Counted from the first letter of the stretch, positions 1 to 12,664 are shown. The stretch: 33,302 bases of DNA from Octopus bimaculoides (GCF_001194135.2 NC_068985.1:12055179-12088480); one strand, 5' to 3'. Notes: generated from the sequence alone by a model not told the origin. Numbers and translations are program-made.

Positions 1-20
1 ACGTTATAAAAATAAAACTA

Positions 21-23
<3 letters not shown>

Positions 24-107
<84 letters not shown>

Positions 108-122
108 TATAATAATAATAAA
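24..122. repeat. (AAT)n microsatellite
   Basis: About 33 near-perfect AAT units read directly. Confidence 0.97.
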
Positions 123-124
123 TT

Positions 125-235
125 CTCGTATGCAGTACCAGGCAGTGGCTCTCATGGCTTCTGATCTTAACTGATTGGAAATGTTATCATGTACATTGTT
201 TTGTCTTGCTATAAATATATGGGATGCAGCAAATA
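125..235. repeat. Fragment of an interspersed repeat abutting the (AAT)n tract
   Basis: GTACCAGGCAGTGGCTCTCATGGCTTCTGATCTTAACTGATTGG... resembles a common octopus repeat. From recall only; class not determined. Confidence 0.35.
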
Positions 236-236
236 T

Positions 237-254
237 ATGTGTGTGTGAGTGTGT

Positions 255-299
<45 letters not shown>

Positions 300-527
300 T
301 GTTTGTGTGTGTGTGTGTTGGTGTGTGTGCGTGTAATGTGTGTGCGTAGTTGTATTTGTACCAGTCTGGCAACAACCACTGCTTTGCAGCTAGTGTTGGT
401 TTCTTTACTTCCACTTAACTTTAGAGACTCGGCAAAACGTTCTTAGAATAAGTAGATGGCTTAGAAAAAATGTGATGCTGAGTTCCATTTGTTCGTCTTA
501 ACTATTCACGGCGGTCTCTAAACATCC

Positions 528-594
<67 letters not shown>
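237..594. repeat. (GT)n tract (about 237-345) and (ATCT)n tract (about 528-594)
   Basis: Read directly. The (GT)n tract explains the HTHT and VCVC ORFs at 187-446. Confidence 0.95.
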
Positions 595-595
<1 letters not shown>

Positions 596-721
596 GTCAA
601 TCTATCTTGTTCTCTATCTATAGTTCACCAAACTATAGTTCTGTCTCTGTCTCTCTATATATACGTGCATATATACATGTATTTTTCGAATTTCTGTAAA
701 TGTGCTTAGAATATTATATCA

Positions 722-889
722 GTTGAATAAAGTTAAAACATGGTCTGGTTTTCACTTTTTTATTATGGTATTTATAAAATATATATTAGTTTTAAAACGT
801 TGAAGTGTGTTAAGCATTAAAAATATTTCGTAATGTTCATAAAGTTTATAACAACGTGAAAACCAGAGCATGTTTTAACTTTATTCAAC
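722..889. mobile_element. 168-bp element with 34-bp terminal inverted repeats (MITE-like)
   Basis: 722-755 GTTGAATAAAGTTAAAACATGGTCTGGTTTTCAC is the reverse complement of 856-889 with 1 mismatch. No TSD visible. Confidence 0.55.
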
Positions 890-949
890 ACACACACACA
901 GACATATATATGTATGTATAGGTATGTATGTATGTATATATATATATTT

Positions 950-1002
950 ATTTATTTATGTGTTTCAGCCAAGTGGCTGCGGTCATGCTGGTGCACCACC
1001 GT
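950..1002 (-). mobile_element. SINE 3' end fragment, truncated by a gap
   Basis: Minus strand ACGGTGGTGCACCAGCATGACCGCAGCCACTTGGCTGAAACAC(ATAA)n resembles the SINE 3' end at 6681-6741 (GGCGGTGCTCCAGCATGGCTGCAGTCAAAAGACTGAAAC). Confidence 0.7.
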
Positions 1003-1679
1003 NNNNNNNNNNNNNNNNNNNNNNNNNNNNNNNNNNNNNNNNNNNNNNNNNNNNNNNNNNNNNNNNNNNNNNNNNNNNNNNNNNNNNNNNNNNNNNNNNN
1101 NNNNNNNNNNNNNNNNNNNNNNNNNNNNNNNNNNNNNNNNNNNNNNNNNNNNNNNNNNNNNNNNNNNNNNNNNNNNNNNNNNNNNNNNNNNNNNNNNNNN
1201 NNNNNNNNNNNNNNNNNNNNNNNNNNNNNNNNNNNNNNNNNNNNNNNNNNNNNNNNNNNNNNNNNNNNNNNNNNNNNNNNNNNNNNNNNNNNNNNNNNNN
1301 NNNNNNNNNNNNNNNNNNNNNNNNNNNNNNNNNNNNNNNNNNNNNNNNNNNNNNNNNNNNNNNNNNNNNNNNNNNNNNNNNNNNNNNNNNNNNNNNNNNN
1401 NNNNNNNNNNNNNNNNNNNNNNNNNNNNNNNNNNNNNNNNNNNNNNNNNNNNNNNNNNNNNNNNNNNNNNNNNNNNNNNNNNNNNNNNNNNNNNNNNNNN
1501 NNNNNNNNNNNNNNNNNNNNNNNNNNNNNNNNNNNNNNNNNNNNNNNNNNNNNNNNNNNNNNNNNNNNNNNNNNNNNNNNNNNNNNNNNNNNNNNNNNNN
1601 NNNNNNNNNNNNNNNNNNNNNNNNNNNNNNNNNNNNNNNNNNNNNNNNNNNNNNNNNNNNNNNNNNNNNNNNNNNNNNN
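1003..1679. other. Assembly gap, first of 12 (others: 2357-2366, 3183-3828, 12759-12770, 14256-14265, 15279-15904, 16588-16960, 18227-18686, 24972-25063, 26147-26649, 31061-31204, 32214-32467)
   Basis: N runs, mostly flanked by microsatellites, as expected for a short-read scaffold. Confidence 1.
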
Positions 1680-2246
1680 ATATATATAAATAATATATAG
1701 TCAAATATGCATACGTAGATGTACATACTTACATATTTACGTATATACATATGCATAAGTGGAGACAGGTCGTTACAGAAACTAAACAACGTAAAATACG
1801 ATAATATGAAATACGAAATACGAAATATGAATACATTGAATATGAATTTTTCTTGCGAACAGCGAAAGATCAAATGAAAGGCAAGCTACATAACGAACGA
1901 CCCTTCATTAGTTGTCGGCTTTTTTTTAAAATCTGTATTTCGACCAATTCACAAGATACGTCTTCGATGAAACGGTTGCTCCGGCAAAGCAAATTAAATA
2001 AAATTTGGGATTCTGTGGATGGTCAAAATTGGTAACAAACACAGGAGAGTGAAAACCAACAGGAGGGAATGCTAAGCCTAAGCGAGGTGAGGTAGTGAAC
2101 ACGGCAAAGCAAGCTTGGAGAGGAGACGGACAATAATTCATCTGATTCGTCCAGCTGAATCAGAAGGAAAGAAAGAAACACGAGGTAGAGAAAGAAAGAA
2201 AGATGGCTGATGGTCACGTGGGAGCCACGAGAGAGCAAAAAAGGTA

Positions 2247-2294
2247 GAGTGAGGGAGAAAGAGTGAGGGAGAAAGAGTGAGGGAGAAAGAGTGA
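2247..2294. repeat. Minisatellite, 14-bp unit GAGTGAGGGAGAAA x3.4
   Basis: Three perfect units plus 6 bp. Confidence 0.9.
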
Positions 2295-3828
2295 CAGACA
2301 TAGAATGGCGAAGGGGACAGGGAAAAATTAGAGAAAGATTAAGAGGGAGAAAACGANNNNNNNNNNATATATATATATATATATAAGTGTGTGTGTAAAT
2401 TAAACCAACAGTATATCTTCCCTTTAATTCCTAATCGTCATCTACATATTTGTCTGTGTTTTATCCTGACCATTATTTTTGTTTCCCTTAATTCATATTT
2501 CACCTGCCTCTCTCTCCTGCCCCTTCATTGGTAAACTTAAAAGTACATACGCCTGCATACACCTATGCTACTTCATACTGTAAGCACGCTCACCGCACAC
2601 AATATACGTTCCTAAACTGAAAACGGGTTGTAGTCTCCACGATACTTCCCTATACTCTCTTGCTTCTTGAATGCATATATAGTTTTTTTTTCTCTCTTGT
2701 CCAAAAACATTTCCCAACCCTCGTCCCTCTTTATAATTTTTTTTCTAATACCGCTCCCCTTGATAAGTTCTGTGATTCAGTCAAAACAGCCCCATTGAAT
2801 ACTATCGGTCAAATGACCCTGCTTAAATTCCTCATTCCTCTCTCTCCCTTATGTATTTTACCCTTTTTTCCTTCTTTTTATCCTTATTTCCCTCTGCATT
2901 CATATTCTCCTCTCCTACCTTGCTCTCTACACATTTTGGTTGAATCTTCCATTTGTTAACATATTCCAACTTGCCGCAAGGTAAATCTTCATTTAATCAA
3001 TATATCGTTGGCCTGAATACTAGCCTGCAGTATACACCTCGCTTGGATATTTACCACTCTCGAGGTTCCGCTCGTTATGAGACATATGTAGCCTGGATTT
3101 TATCTACTCCTTTCCTAAACTTTTCTCTGTGTGTATACATATACATACATACATATATATATACATATATATATATATATATNNNNNNNNNNNNNNNNNN
3201 NNNNNNNNNNNNNNNNNNNNNNNNNNNNNNNNNNNNNNNNNNNNNNNNNNNNNNNNNNNNNNNNNNNNNNNNNNNNNNNNNNNNNNNNNNNNNNNNNNNN
3301 NNNNNNNNNNNNNNNNNNNNNNNNNNNNNNNNNNNNNNNNNNNNNNNNNNNNNNNNNNNNNNNNNNNNNNNNNNNNNNNNNNNNNNNNNNNNNNNNNNNN
3401 NNNNNNNNNNNNNNNNNNNNNNNNNNNNNNNNNNNNNNNNNNNNNNNNNNNNNNNNNNNNNNNNNNNNNNNNNNNNNNNNNNNNNNNNNNNNNNNNNNNN
3501 NNNNNNNNNNNNNNNNNNNNNNNNNNNNNNNNNNNNNNNNNNNNNNNNNNNNNNNNNNNNNNNNNNNNNNNNNNNNNNNNNNNNNNNNNNNNNNNNNNNN
3601 NNNNNNNNNNNNNNNNNNNNNNNNNNNNNNNNNNNNNNNNNNNNNNNNNNNNNNNNNNNNNNNNNNNNNNNNNNNNNNNNNNNNNNNNNNNNNNNNNNNN
3701 NNNNNNNNNNNNNNNNNNNNNNNNNNNNNNNNNNNNNNNNNNNNNNNNNNNNNNNNNNNNNNNNNNNNNNNNNNNNNNNNNNNNNNNNNNNNNNNNNNNN
3801 NNNNNNNNNNNNNNNNNNNNNNNNNNNN

Positions 3829-3871
<43 letters not shown>

Positions 3872-5479
3872 ACATACATACTCGCACACATAAATGAACG
3901 TATGTATTTGATTTGTTTCATCTGTTACTTTGCAGTACGACTTAATTTCCTTGTATCATGATTTTGGAGCGAAAATAGGATTACGTTACATAAGATCATT
4001 TTCTATGTTGAGATTGTGATAAACCCGGGAGCAGTAGTATTGACTTTCTCCATATATTTACAACAATCATATTTAGGAATATGCATTTTTGTGATTCGCA
4101 TAAGGCAGGAATTTCTCCTGTTTGTTGTATAAGTGAGATTCTCTCCTGGGCAAACGTGACTCTAAGATAAAACCGACGTCTGCGTCAGACTTTCTTAAAG
4201 AAAAAGAAAAACAAGAAAAAACAACGATTTATAAAGTTTACAATACGACGATCGTTCGTACGAATATAATTCCTATATTTCGTGTGTTGGCACTACGAAT
4301 CATACAAGAACACCCCTTTGTCATCGTTTGCATGCAGCTTCCATTCTCAGAGTCCTCACATCTGCCGTGAGATCAATATTAATTGTATGGAAACTGTGAG
4401 AAATCCAGTCAAATAAACATTAGTCAATGCGTTGTACTTTCTCCACCATTTTGCCTTTACCATGATCGGGTGCGATGAAATGCTTTGATCATTGGAAATA
4501 CTGTTTACATCTAAGTCGGATCCCCATTCGCCAATATAATGATACTTAATTGCTTTCTATATCAATGTTTTAAACGTAATCAATGAGAATTCCTCTCCAG
4601 TATTTTCACCAATGGGTTATTTAGCTTTTTAACGTTAAGTGCGTGCTGTAATATTTATCCCATACATGATTTGGGGCAATTCTAGTATAGCTTTCTGACA
4701 TCTTCCATTCGAATCTCATAAGCATTTAGTCATCCGTAATTAAAGTTTACAATTTTATAATTATAGCAATGATTATGAAATGTGATGTTTCCCTAACGGG
4801 ATAATTATTAATTTTTAAATTGAAAGATAATTTTAACAAACAATTATGAACCCCGGGGCTTCAATGCAGAAATATTGCGTATAATTTTTACTGGAAAAAA
4901 ATGTATATATACACACATACATACACACATACATATATATATATATACATATATAAATGTTTGTGTACAGAAGGTTAATTACTAGGTAAATCAAAAGTAT
5001 TTCTCGGCATATACTACACATGAAATGCAGTGAGCGTAATTACCAAGCTAACAATCGCTTTTAATGTAAATCTTTCAAATAAACACACAGATTCATTTCT
5101 TGTCTATAGATATTCATTAAACCGTATGCATAAGATATACAAACACACACCTACACGCGCGCGCAAACATATAAATGCATATTTGCATATATGCACATGT
5201 ATATATTTGTGTCTGCGTTTATATGCGTTTTACAGAGATAAGGATAGTTAGTGTGAGCCAGCACATTGTATACTTATGAATAAATTTGCATGGCAGTTAT
5301 ATAATATTGGTTTGGAATGTATTCTCGCACAAAGCCAACATTTTCGAGATAAGAATAAGTCAGTTATTACGAGCCCAGTGCTTTAATAGTACTTACTCTA
5401 TCGACCGCAAAGTGATAAAGGACAATGGTGATCTCAGCAATATTTGGAATAAGAACGAAATACAAACGAAATGCCGCTA

Positions 5480-5715
5480 AGAATTTTCCTCGGCAATTAA
5501 GGATCCTACCGGTTCACCGCCTTAGGGTACCAAGATAGTTTTCGATTTTCTTCCAGCGTCTTTCTTTCCATTAGATTTTCCACTGTTTCTAAAGAGGAGC
5601 GTTGCTCGAAACGTTTAGCCATTTTTCGTTCCTTATCTGAGTGTTTGCTAATACTTTACATGTACCACATCCGTGAGTTGTTTTTTTGTATTTTGTCTTA
5701 TTTTGGGGGGATTTA

Positions 5716-5717
<2 letters not shown>
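5480..5717 (+). mobile_element. Short Penelope-like repeat with a degenerate hammerhead motif
   Basis: 5586-5618 TTT-CTAAAGA-G-GAGC-GTT-GCTC-GAAAC-GT-T. Same layout as the 15085-15277 repeat (motif, T-rich tail, then (TA)n). No RT or GIY-YIG coding seen. Confidence 0.45.

Positions 5718-5777
<60 letters not shown>
5718..5777. repeat. (TA)n microsatellite
   Basis: About 30 units. Confidence 0.97.
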
Positions 5778-5782
<5 letters not shown>

Positions 5783-6150
5783 ATATAATATAGGATAACA
5801 TCTTTATAATAATTTATCAAGTAGTCAGCGTGAAAAAAACGTCATAATGAAACAAATTCATCATTTTTTTCATTTTTTTATACACATATATAAATACAAA
5901 AATGTGACAAGAACGCAAAACGTCCAGACAGTTAGCTGATACAAAAAAGGGAGAACAAAATATCCAGACAGACGATGCAACGTAAACAAGGATGGGTCAT
6001 TCGGAGCTTTCTTCCCTCAGTCGAGTTCCAGATTATCTTTGCAATTCCGGCTGGTTATACTCCAGATTGCTCCAATCTGGCCAGCCCTAAAGATGCATTC
6101 CGCCGCGCTGCTAGAATCAACTATAGATCCGATTAATTTCTTTATTCCAT
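5778..6150 (-). mobile_element. Second interspersed repeat facing the (TA)n tract, possibly Penelope-like
   Basis: Minus strand has a very degenerate CTGAGGG...CTCC-GAAT motif near 5997-6020. Its 5780-5850 end is loosely similar to 20440-20510. Boundaries approximate. Confidence 0.3.
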
Positions 6151-6259
6151 AAATATTTGTTAGGGATTGCTTCATTTCTTTTGATGTGCCACGATTATAA
6201 GTGCATATTTATAGAATAATGTCAAATAACTATTAATAGATTTAAAAAGAAAACATCAT

Positions 6260-6741
6260 AGGCGCAGGAGTGGCTATGTGGTAAGTAGCTTGCTTACCAG
6301 CCACATGGGTCCGGTCTCAATCCCACTGCGTAGCAACTTGCGCTTGTGTCTTCTACTATACCCTAGAGCTGAGCAAAGACTTGTGAGTGGATTTGGCAGA
6401 CGGGAACTGAAAGAAGTACGTCATATATATGTATATATATATATATACATGTATATGTGTGTGTGTTTATATGTATAAATATTTATGTGTGTGTGTTGGT
6501 GCGAGTGTGTGTGTCTGTGAGTGTGTTTGTGTGTGTCTGCGTTTCTGTCCCCACAACATTGCTTGATAAACGATAGTGGTGTGCTTACGTCCTTGTAACG
6601 TAGCGGTTCGGCAAAGGAAACCAATAGAATAAGTAATAGGCTTACAATAACTAAGTCCCTAGGTCGATTTGCTCGACTAAAGGCGGTGCTCCAGCATGGC
6701 TGCAGTCAAAAGACTGAAACAAATGAAATAACAAAAGAATA
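6260..6741 (+). mobile_element. Full-length tRNA-derived SINE (octopus-type) with internal (TA)/(GT) microsatellite
   Basis: A-box-like TGGCTATGTGGT and B-box-like GGTCTCAATCCC; body ...CTTGTGAGTGGATTTGGCAGACGGGAACTGAAAGAAG; microsatellite at about 6423-6540; A-rich tail. Homologous halves occur inverted at 15972-16165 and 16978-17141. Confidence 0.88.
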
Positions 6742-7419
6742 CTATAATATATTACTCAACGTTGAACGGGGGCTTTGAGAACAAATGTTTTAACAACACA
6801 GCCTTGTTATACAGACACATTACAATATTTTGAGGCCCAAGGTTTCCACGCGAAGGAGACTTGGCTGTGTTTTCTATCTGTTCGAGCACCCGTGTCGAGA
6901 CCCCGTTGTTTAATATTGGACTATCTGTTATTAGAATTGTAACGAGACTAACAGATAATAGATGATCTAGATTTTCTCCGTTGAAAAAAAAAAAGAATCT
7001 GTGACGTCAGAGCATAAGGAATCCGCGTTAGAAAACCGGATATGCAACCTACTGAAAAGAGCAGTGAAAATATTGTCTCTATGAGGATAAGCAGAGTGGA
7101 AACGGAAGAAAGAAGAACATGAAGAAGAAAGGCAATATCCTTGTAATTGTATAAAAGTACTCTAATAGTAATACTTTCAGTTTTAAATATAGCTTATAAA
7201 AGATAATAATCAATGTTCTAATTTAAGATCTTATGAAGTAATTTTAAAACCAGTGCTCCCTAAAAATGTATGCTTGTATATGTATACAATTTATCTAAGT
7301 AATGTACACACACACACACACACACAAACATATATACATACACTCCCCCCCCCACATATATATATAGAGAGATATATATACACACATACATACATATATA
7401 GATAGATATATGCATATAT

Positions 7420-7510
7420 AAAAGAGACCACTAAGGGGACTGCTAATGTGCTAGAAGAAAATCACAGAAAAGTTCTCAGAATATTAGCAGTCCACTTAGT
7501 GGACTCTTTT
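7420..7510. repeat. 91-bp inverted repeat/hairpin between TA-rich tracts
   Basis: 7421-7447 AAAGAGACCACTAAGGGGACTGCTAAT matches the reverse complement of 7483-7509 at 25/27. Confidence 0.75.
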
Positions 7511-7647
7511 ATGTATACATATACAATAATCCTTTTGAGATCTGAGAAAATTTTTTCTGAATCTTCTGATTCTTTTAATGTCCTGGTTTCCTGGTATTAA
7601 ATTGATATTAATTAATATCAAATTATTTACGCTATTATTTTAATTAA

Positions 7648-7722
<75 letters not shown>

Positions 7723-7730
7723 GATGGATA
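7648..7730. repeat. (GATA)n microsatellite
   Basis: Read directly. Confidence 0.95.
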
Positions 7731-8489
7731 GAGACACAGACATAGATATAGATATAAACATAGATATTGATATGCAAATATAAATACATATATCCGTATA
7801 TAATATATAAGCTCTGAAAATATTTCCTATATGTATGAGTGTGTAAATACTTACTTGCGCGCGTGTGAGGGCGTTAGAATACTGTATTTTTTTTAATGAG
7901 ACTAACGAAATGTGTTGATGTAGAATGAGGTAGACTAATAGTCAGAATGACAGGGTATGAAAGTGTGTCGGTTTACGTTGAGAAGACATAATTAAAAACA
8001 TGGTGGTTTGGCATAAACAGCTGACACCCGAGTAAATTAGTGTACCGGCTATATTTTATCAGCATCTTAAGTACGAATTTACTCAGTGACTGCGTTGCTT
8101 TCAAGAACATAATTTAGTGGGTGGAGTAAAATACACATGTGAATGGTTAGAGTAAATAGAGATGTGTACATAACATAAGACGTGTTGTCCTATGGGAATT
8201 TCTACTTGATGACCACTATACTACGATCTAATTTGAAAATATTCGTGATATATATTTCAGAAAACAACGACGATCCTTGATGCGCTTTTGTATATGATGG
8301 ACGGAATGTCTGTTGGTATTTTGATACCCCGTTTTTACTCTGGGTGTTCAAATTACACCCATGTCATTTTAGTTATTGTTCTGCCGGTATCCACCAAGTC
8401 CATAGCAGTCATTTCCTGAGATCGGCATAGTTTATCAAACTACAAATATTTGTGAAATTGTGTCATAGATTCTCACTCTCTTACTCACC

Positions 8490-8548
<59 letters not shown>

Positions 8549-8639
8549 CCGTTCTTTATTTCTTTCTGTCTTTCTTTCTTTCTTTCTTTCTTTATTTCTG
8601 TCTTTCTTTGTTTGTATCCATTTGCCTTCCATCTATATG

Positions 8640-10250
8640 TCGACCAACACTTCAACGCCAAACATGAAGGGTGTGTTGTCAGAGCTAGGATGCGTGCTCT
8701 GAGGAACAAAGGATTTGGAGCCGCTTGAGAGGCCCGAGTGGCGGAGGCGCAACGATGCAGGAGCCACCATTAGGTCACTTACAGATGAACAGAGACGCAA
8801 AGTACTCGAGCCTGAAAAGATGTGTGAGGCCTTTCAACAACACTTTGCCCGATTGTTTGTGACAACAGGTGGATCAGAATGCAGGGTGGACTTTAGTGCC
8901 TACCTGCATGGCTTGCCACGACTCTCAGCAAGAGAGGCGGAGAGTTGTGAAAGACCCATAACAGCTGCGGACGTACGGGATGCGAGGGCAGGCTGCGCGG
9001 GAGACAAGTCACTGGGCTTAGAGTGTCTGCCTTACAAACTTTATTTTCATATGCCAGAATTGTTTGGAGGCGTTTTGGCAGCTGTCTACTGCAACAGGCA
9101 GCAAAAAGGGGGTATCCCCGTCATTGAAAAGCGAAGAGCGGTGGCACTGCTAAAGAAAGATCCAAATAAAGGAACTTCATACATAACTTCAGGCCCATCA
9201 CTCTACTCAACGCAGATTTGAAAATTTTAGCCAAGGTATTAGCCGAGAGATTGGCGCTTGACATCGAGAAACAAGTCGACAAGGTGCATCCATCTGATGC
9301 GCTACATCATTGACAGGGTAGTTAAAGAACCTGGTATGGGTGGGATGCTGATCAATTTGGATCAATCAAAAGCTTTCGATAGGGTAAACCCTCGTTACTT
9401 GCAGGCTATTCTTAGAGTGGCTGGTTTCGGTCCCATCTTCCGTGGTTGGATCGCTGCCTTATACAGCCTCATCTGCACGGTAGTTCGCGTAAGTTGTCAT
9501 CTATCCAGACCATTTAACATCATGCCTTCGGCTTGTCAAGGATGCCTCCTCTCATCGCTTCTGTATGTATTGACTCTTGAGCTACTACTGCGGAAGCAGG
9601 CGACGCTAAGTGGCATCCCACGAGAGCTGGTATGCGGGTGGAGCGTATCTGCATACGCGAACAACGTCACCATCACAGTGTCAAGCCACAAGCACATCGA
9701 CCTGGTCGGGGAGACACAAATAGAATAAGAAGCAGTAACAGGAGCAAAAATTAATCGGGAAAAGTCAGTGGTCTTGCGGCTCGGCAGCTGGAAAAACAAA
9801 CCCATGCCGTCCAACAGCGTGTCCATAATGGGACGCTGGACCGACGGACCGGTTATATTGCTCGGAGTCTGGTTCGGTCTGGACCTTCAAATATAGAAGA
9901 ACTGGGGCGATTTAACGACTATGGTGGCAACTCTCACCCAGCAATTGGCCGAGAGGAAGCGATCTCTAAAAGGTCTTGCGGAGGTGGGGAACGCGAACAT
10001 CGCATCCGTCATCGAGTACCGTCTGACAGTCGTGCCTTGTCCTGACTCTACCATCACCAAACTGGAACGGATAATCTTCCGCTTCTTGTGAAAGGGAAGC
10101 GTTCCGATGATTAAGCGATACATTTGCTGTCAACACCCACTAAATGGAGAGCTGAGCATGCCGTGGTTGATGATGCGCAGACACGTGCCGAGACTGTGAC
10201 ACCTCCGGCTCTTCATAGACGACAGTGAACAGGTGTGATCGCCGTTCGTG
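8640..10250 (+). mobile_element. Decayed L1/Tx1-clade non-LTR retrotransposon ORF2 fragment (reverse transcriptase)
   Basis: Across frameshifts and stops: HEGCVVRARMRAL; KSLGLECLPYK (SPGxDGLPxE); ALLKKDPNK; FRPITLLNADLKILAKVLAERL; NLDQSKAFDRV; QGCLLSSLLY (QGCPLSPLLY); SAYANNV (decayed YADD); GAKINREKS; LLGVWFG. ORFs 8715-9221 and 9258-9728 are pieces of it. Confidence 0.92.
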
Positions 10251-11535
10251 CAGGAACAAACAAAATATCTCGGAAAGAATGAAGGCTCTAGCATTCAGCA
10301 TGCAAGTAGGAATGGAAAGATGATGAGGGAGTTTTACAGAAGAGTTCGAGCAGCCCTAAAATCCGGTTTGAATGCACGTAATAAGGTGTTATCTATAAAT
10401 TCCTTAGCAGGTCCGGCTGGTATTTACTGTTTCATTGTGTTGAACTGAAATATGAGCGAAATAAGGAAGTTTGATCAGAAAATCAGTAAGCTGCTAACTT
10501 GAAATAAAATGCACCACCCAAAGGCAGACGCATATCGTCTTTACCTACCCAGATCTCAAGGAAGTCGAGGCTAGATCCAATTTGAAATCTCCAACAAAAC
10601 TACCACAATTGGACTGGTAAAATATCTTGAAACATCTAACGACTGGATGCTAAAGCTCGATGAAATTCATGAAAGACGTAAGAAGTTTCATTCCGTTATA
10701 AAGTGAGGAACAAATTTTCTCAAGTGAGTTTATGCATAATAGTCAAGTAGAACAGAATGATGGAAGTGCAGCAAATGCAGTTGCAAAGAAGGTGAAATCA
10801 AGAGTAGCACAAAATGCGCTGAAACAATTGGCTGATAGGTAGGAACAAAAACCTCTGCATGGTAAATATGTGGCCCGTAGCAAGGAAGCTGGTGTTGAAT
10901 AGAAGCACACCCATCAGTGGCTACGGAGCTCAGGGCTAGAAGCAGAGAGTGAAGTCTTTATCTTGGTTGCCCAAAATTAAACTTATTGGCCCAGAACTAT
11001 CAAGCCAATGTGGTGAAAAATGGTGTAGACTTAAAGTGCCAATAAAGCAACGAAAACGGGAAAGCAAAGATCCTCTGGGATTTTGACTTCCAGACAAACA
11101 AGGTATTAGTGCACCGAAGGCCGGATATAGTAACCATTGAGAGAGCCTAACAAGAGTGACACACAATCGAAGTGGCAGTGCTAGGATATCAACATATTAT
11201 CATGAAAGAAGGAGAACATGTTGATAAATATGGAGACCTGAGAACTCAGATCGCCAGGATGTGTCAGCTAGGAGAGTCACATATAAAAGTCGTCCCTGTT
11301 GTCTAACCTGAAGAAACATCTGAATACATTAGTAGTACCCTACAGTCTAGGTGTATTGCAAAAATCGGTTTTACTTATGACTGCATGCATATTGCGTAAT
11401 ATACAGTATGTCTGATGTCTTTGTTTTGACTTGTCAGACTGTACAACCACCCATCCCTGTAGACACAAGATCTTCAATTTACAACATCACGATACTGGAT
11501 ACTGTGCGACGTCTTTAATAATATAATTAATAATA
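10251..11535 (+). mobile_element. 5'-truncated, decayed R4/Dong-type non-LTR element (late RT, restriction-like endonuclease, 3' UTR)
   Basis: TKYLG; LNARNKVLSIN; MHHPKADAYRLYLPRSQGSRG; KPLHGKY; ILWDFDFQTNKVLVHRRPDIVTI..TIEVAV (PD-(D/E) RLE core); LQKSVLLMTACILRNIQYV with TGA at 11413-11415; degraded TAA-rich tail. The CCHC region is deleted. Confidence 0.88.
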
Positions 11536-12664
11536 TTAGCATAACAAGTAGCTACTAATTCATTTCTGACAATTATCTCGAATACATGATTTTATGTAGT
11601 TAATAAATCGTATGCAAAACACCTGGTAGTTTGCCGATAAAGCACGTTTACTGGCTCAATGTTCGTTGGGTATGTAATTAATCAGACAGACGGAAACTGG
11701 AAGATACGAGCATCTTTGTTGTTCACTACAATCGTTTCGACTCGTCTAGCCTCGATCATTTTGGGTGGGAAGCTGCACAACTGGTTTAGACGTATCCCTT
11801 GATGTAGATGTGTATCCGCGCGTGATTTCATGAGGTATCTCGTTAAAATAAACTTTCTGTCGCACCACATATTACAGCATTTTTTTTTTATATTTCTTGG
11901 TTTTCGTAGATAGAAATGGCATATGAACAGATATTGCTTCATTATTATAGAATATCAATAACAATCATCACATACAAAAAGAAACAAATATACAATCAGA
12001 AAAACATATAACCGTATCTTCCATCTTCCGTCTCTCTCATTTCTTACACACACATATACTCACACATACACACGCACTCACACTCTCACACACACACACT
12101 TATATTATACCTTTAATTTTATATATAATTAGCAGAGACAATAGATTGACTCAAGATTCAAGACTTTCGTGTGGTAGCACTTATCAATCTAACTCATGAA
12201 ACACTCTGCCCTTGTGCTCCTCTGTTAGACTGTTGCTTCTGTTTAATTTTAAGAAAGATAATCTCTCTCTCTTTCCCTCTCACTCACACATACACACACA
12301 CACACACACATAGACACACTGTTGAGAGCCAGAGATGCTCAATATAAAAACAATAGCGCTCAAATAATTTCAACTTAAACTCAGTGTTTATATGCTTCCA
12401 TTTCTCGTTCCATAGTTTCATGAACGACATCTGTCAATATAATGAAGTAAGCCTAAGCCCCCAGAAACAGCTGTCGGATTTATAATACCATACCTTCTCC
12501 CCTTCATTTAATGTGTCTTCCTAAGCAGTGTATGTTTACTATCTTAATATATAAAAAAAATCAATCGTCTGAATATTTCAGTCTTTGCTTTCTCTCCATT
12601 TACATGTTAACATGAAAGTATATATTTTATATGTAACCTAACAGGATTTATTTGCTTATTTGCA

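Noticed and set aside
914-3961. Long 250-314-aa ORFs here and around the gaps at 15.2-16.0, 16.4-17.0, 18.1-18.7, 26.0-26.8, 31.0-31.3 and 32.1-32.7 kb
   Set aside because: They are open only because N runs translate to X, and the flanks are mostly microsatellite peptides.
6260-6340. tRNA gene suggested by A/B boxes
   Set aside because: It is a SINE head: no cloverleaf or terminator, and it continues into the SINE body.
12416-12446. Plus-strand 31-nt exon candidate FMNDICQYNE with good splice sites
   Set aside because: No recognisable protein or partner exon; candidates of equal strength occur on both strands.
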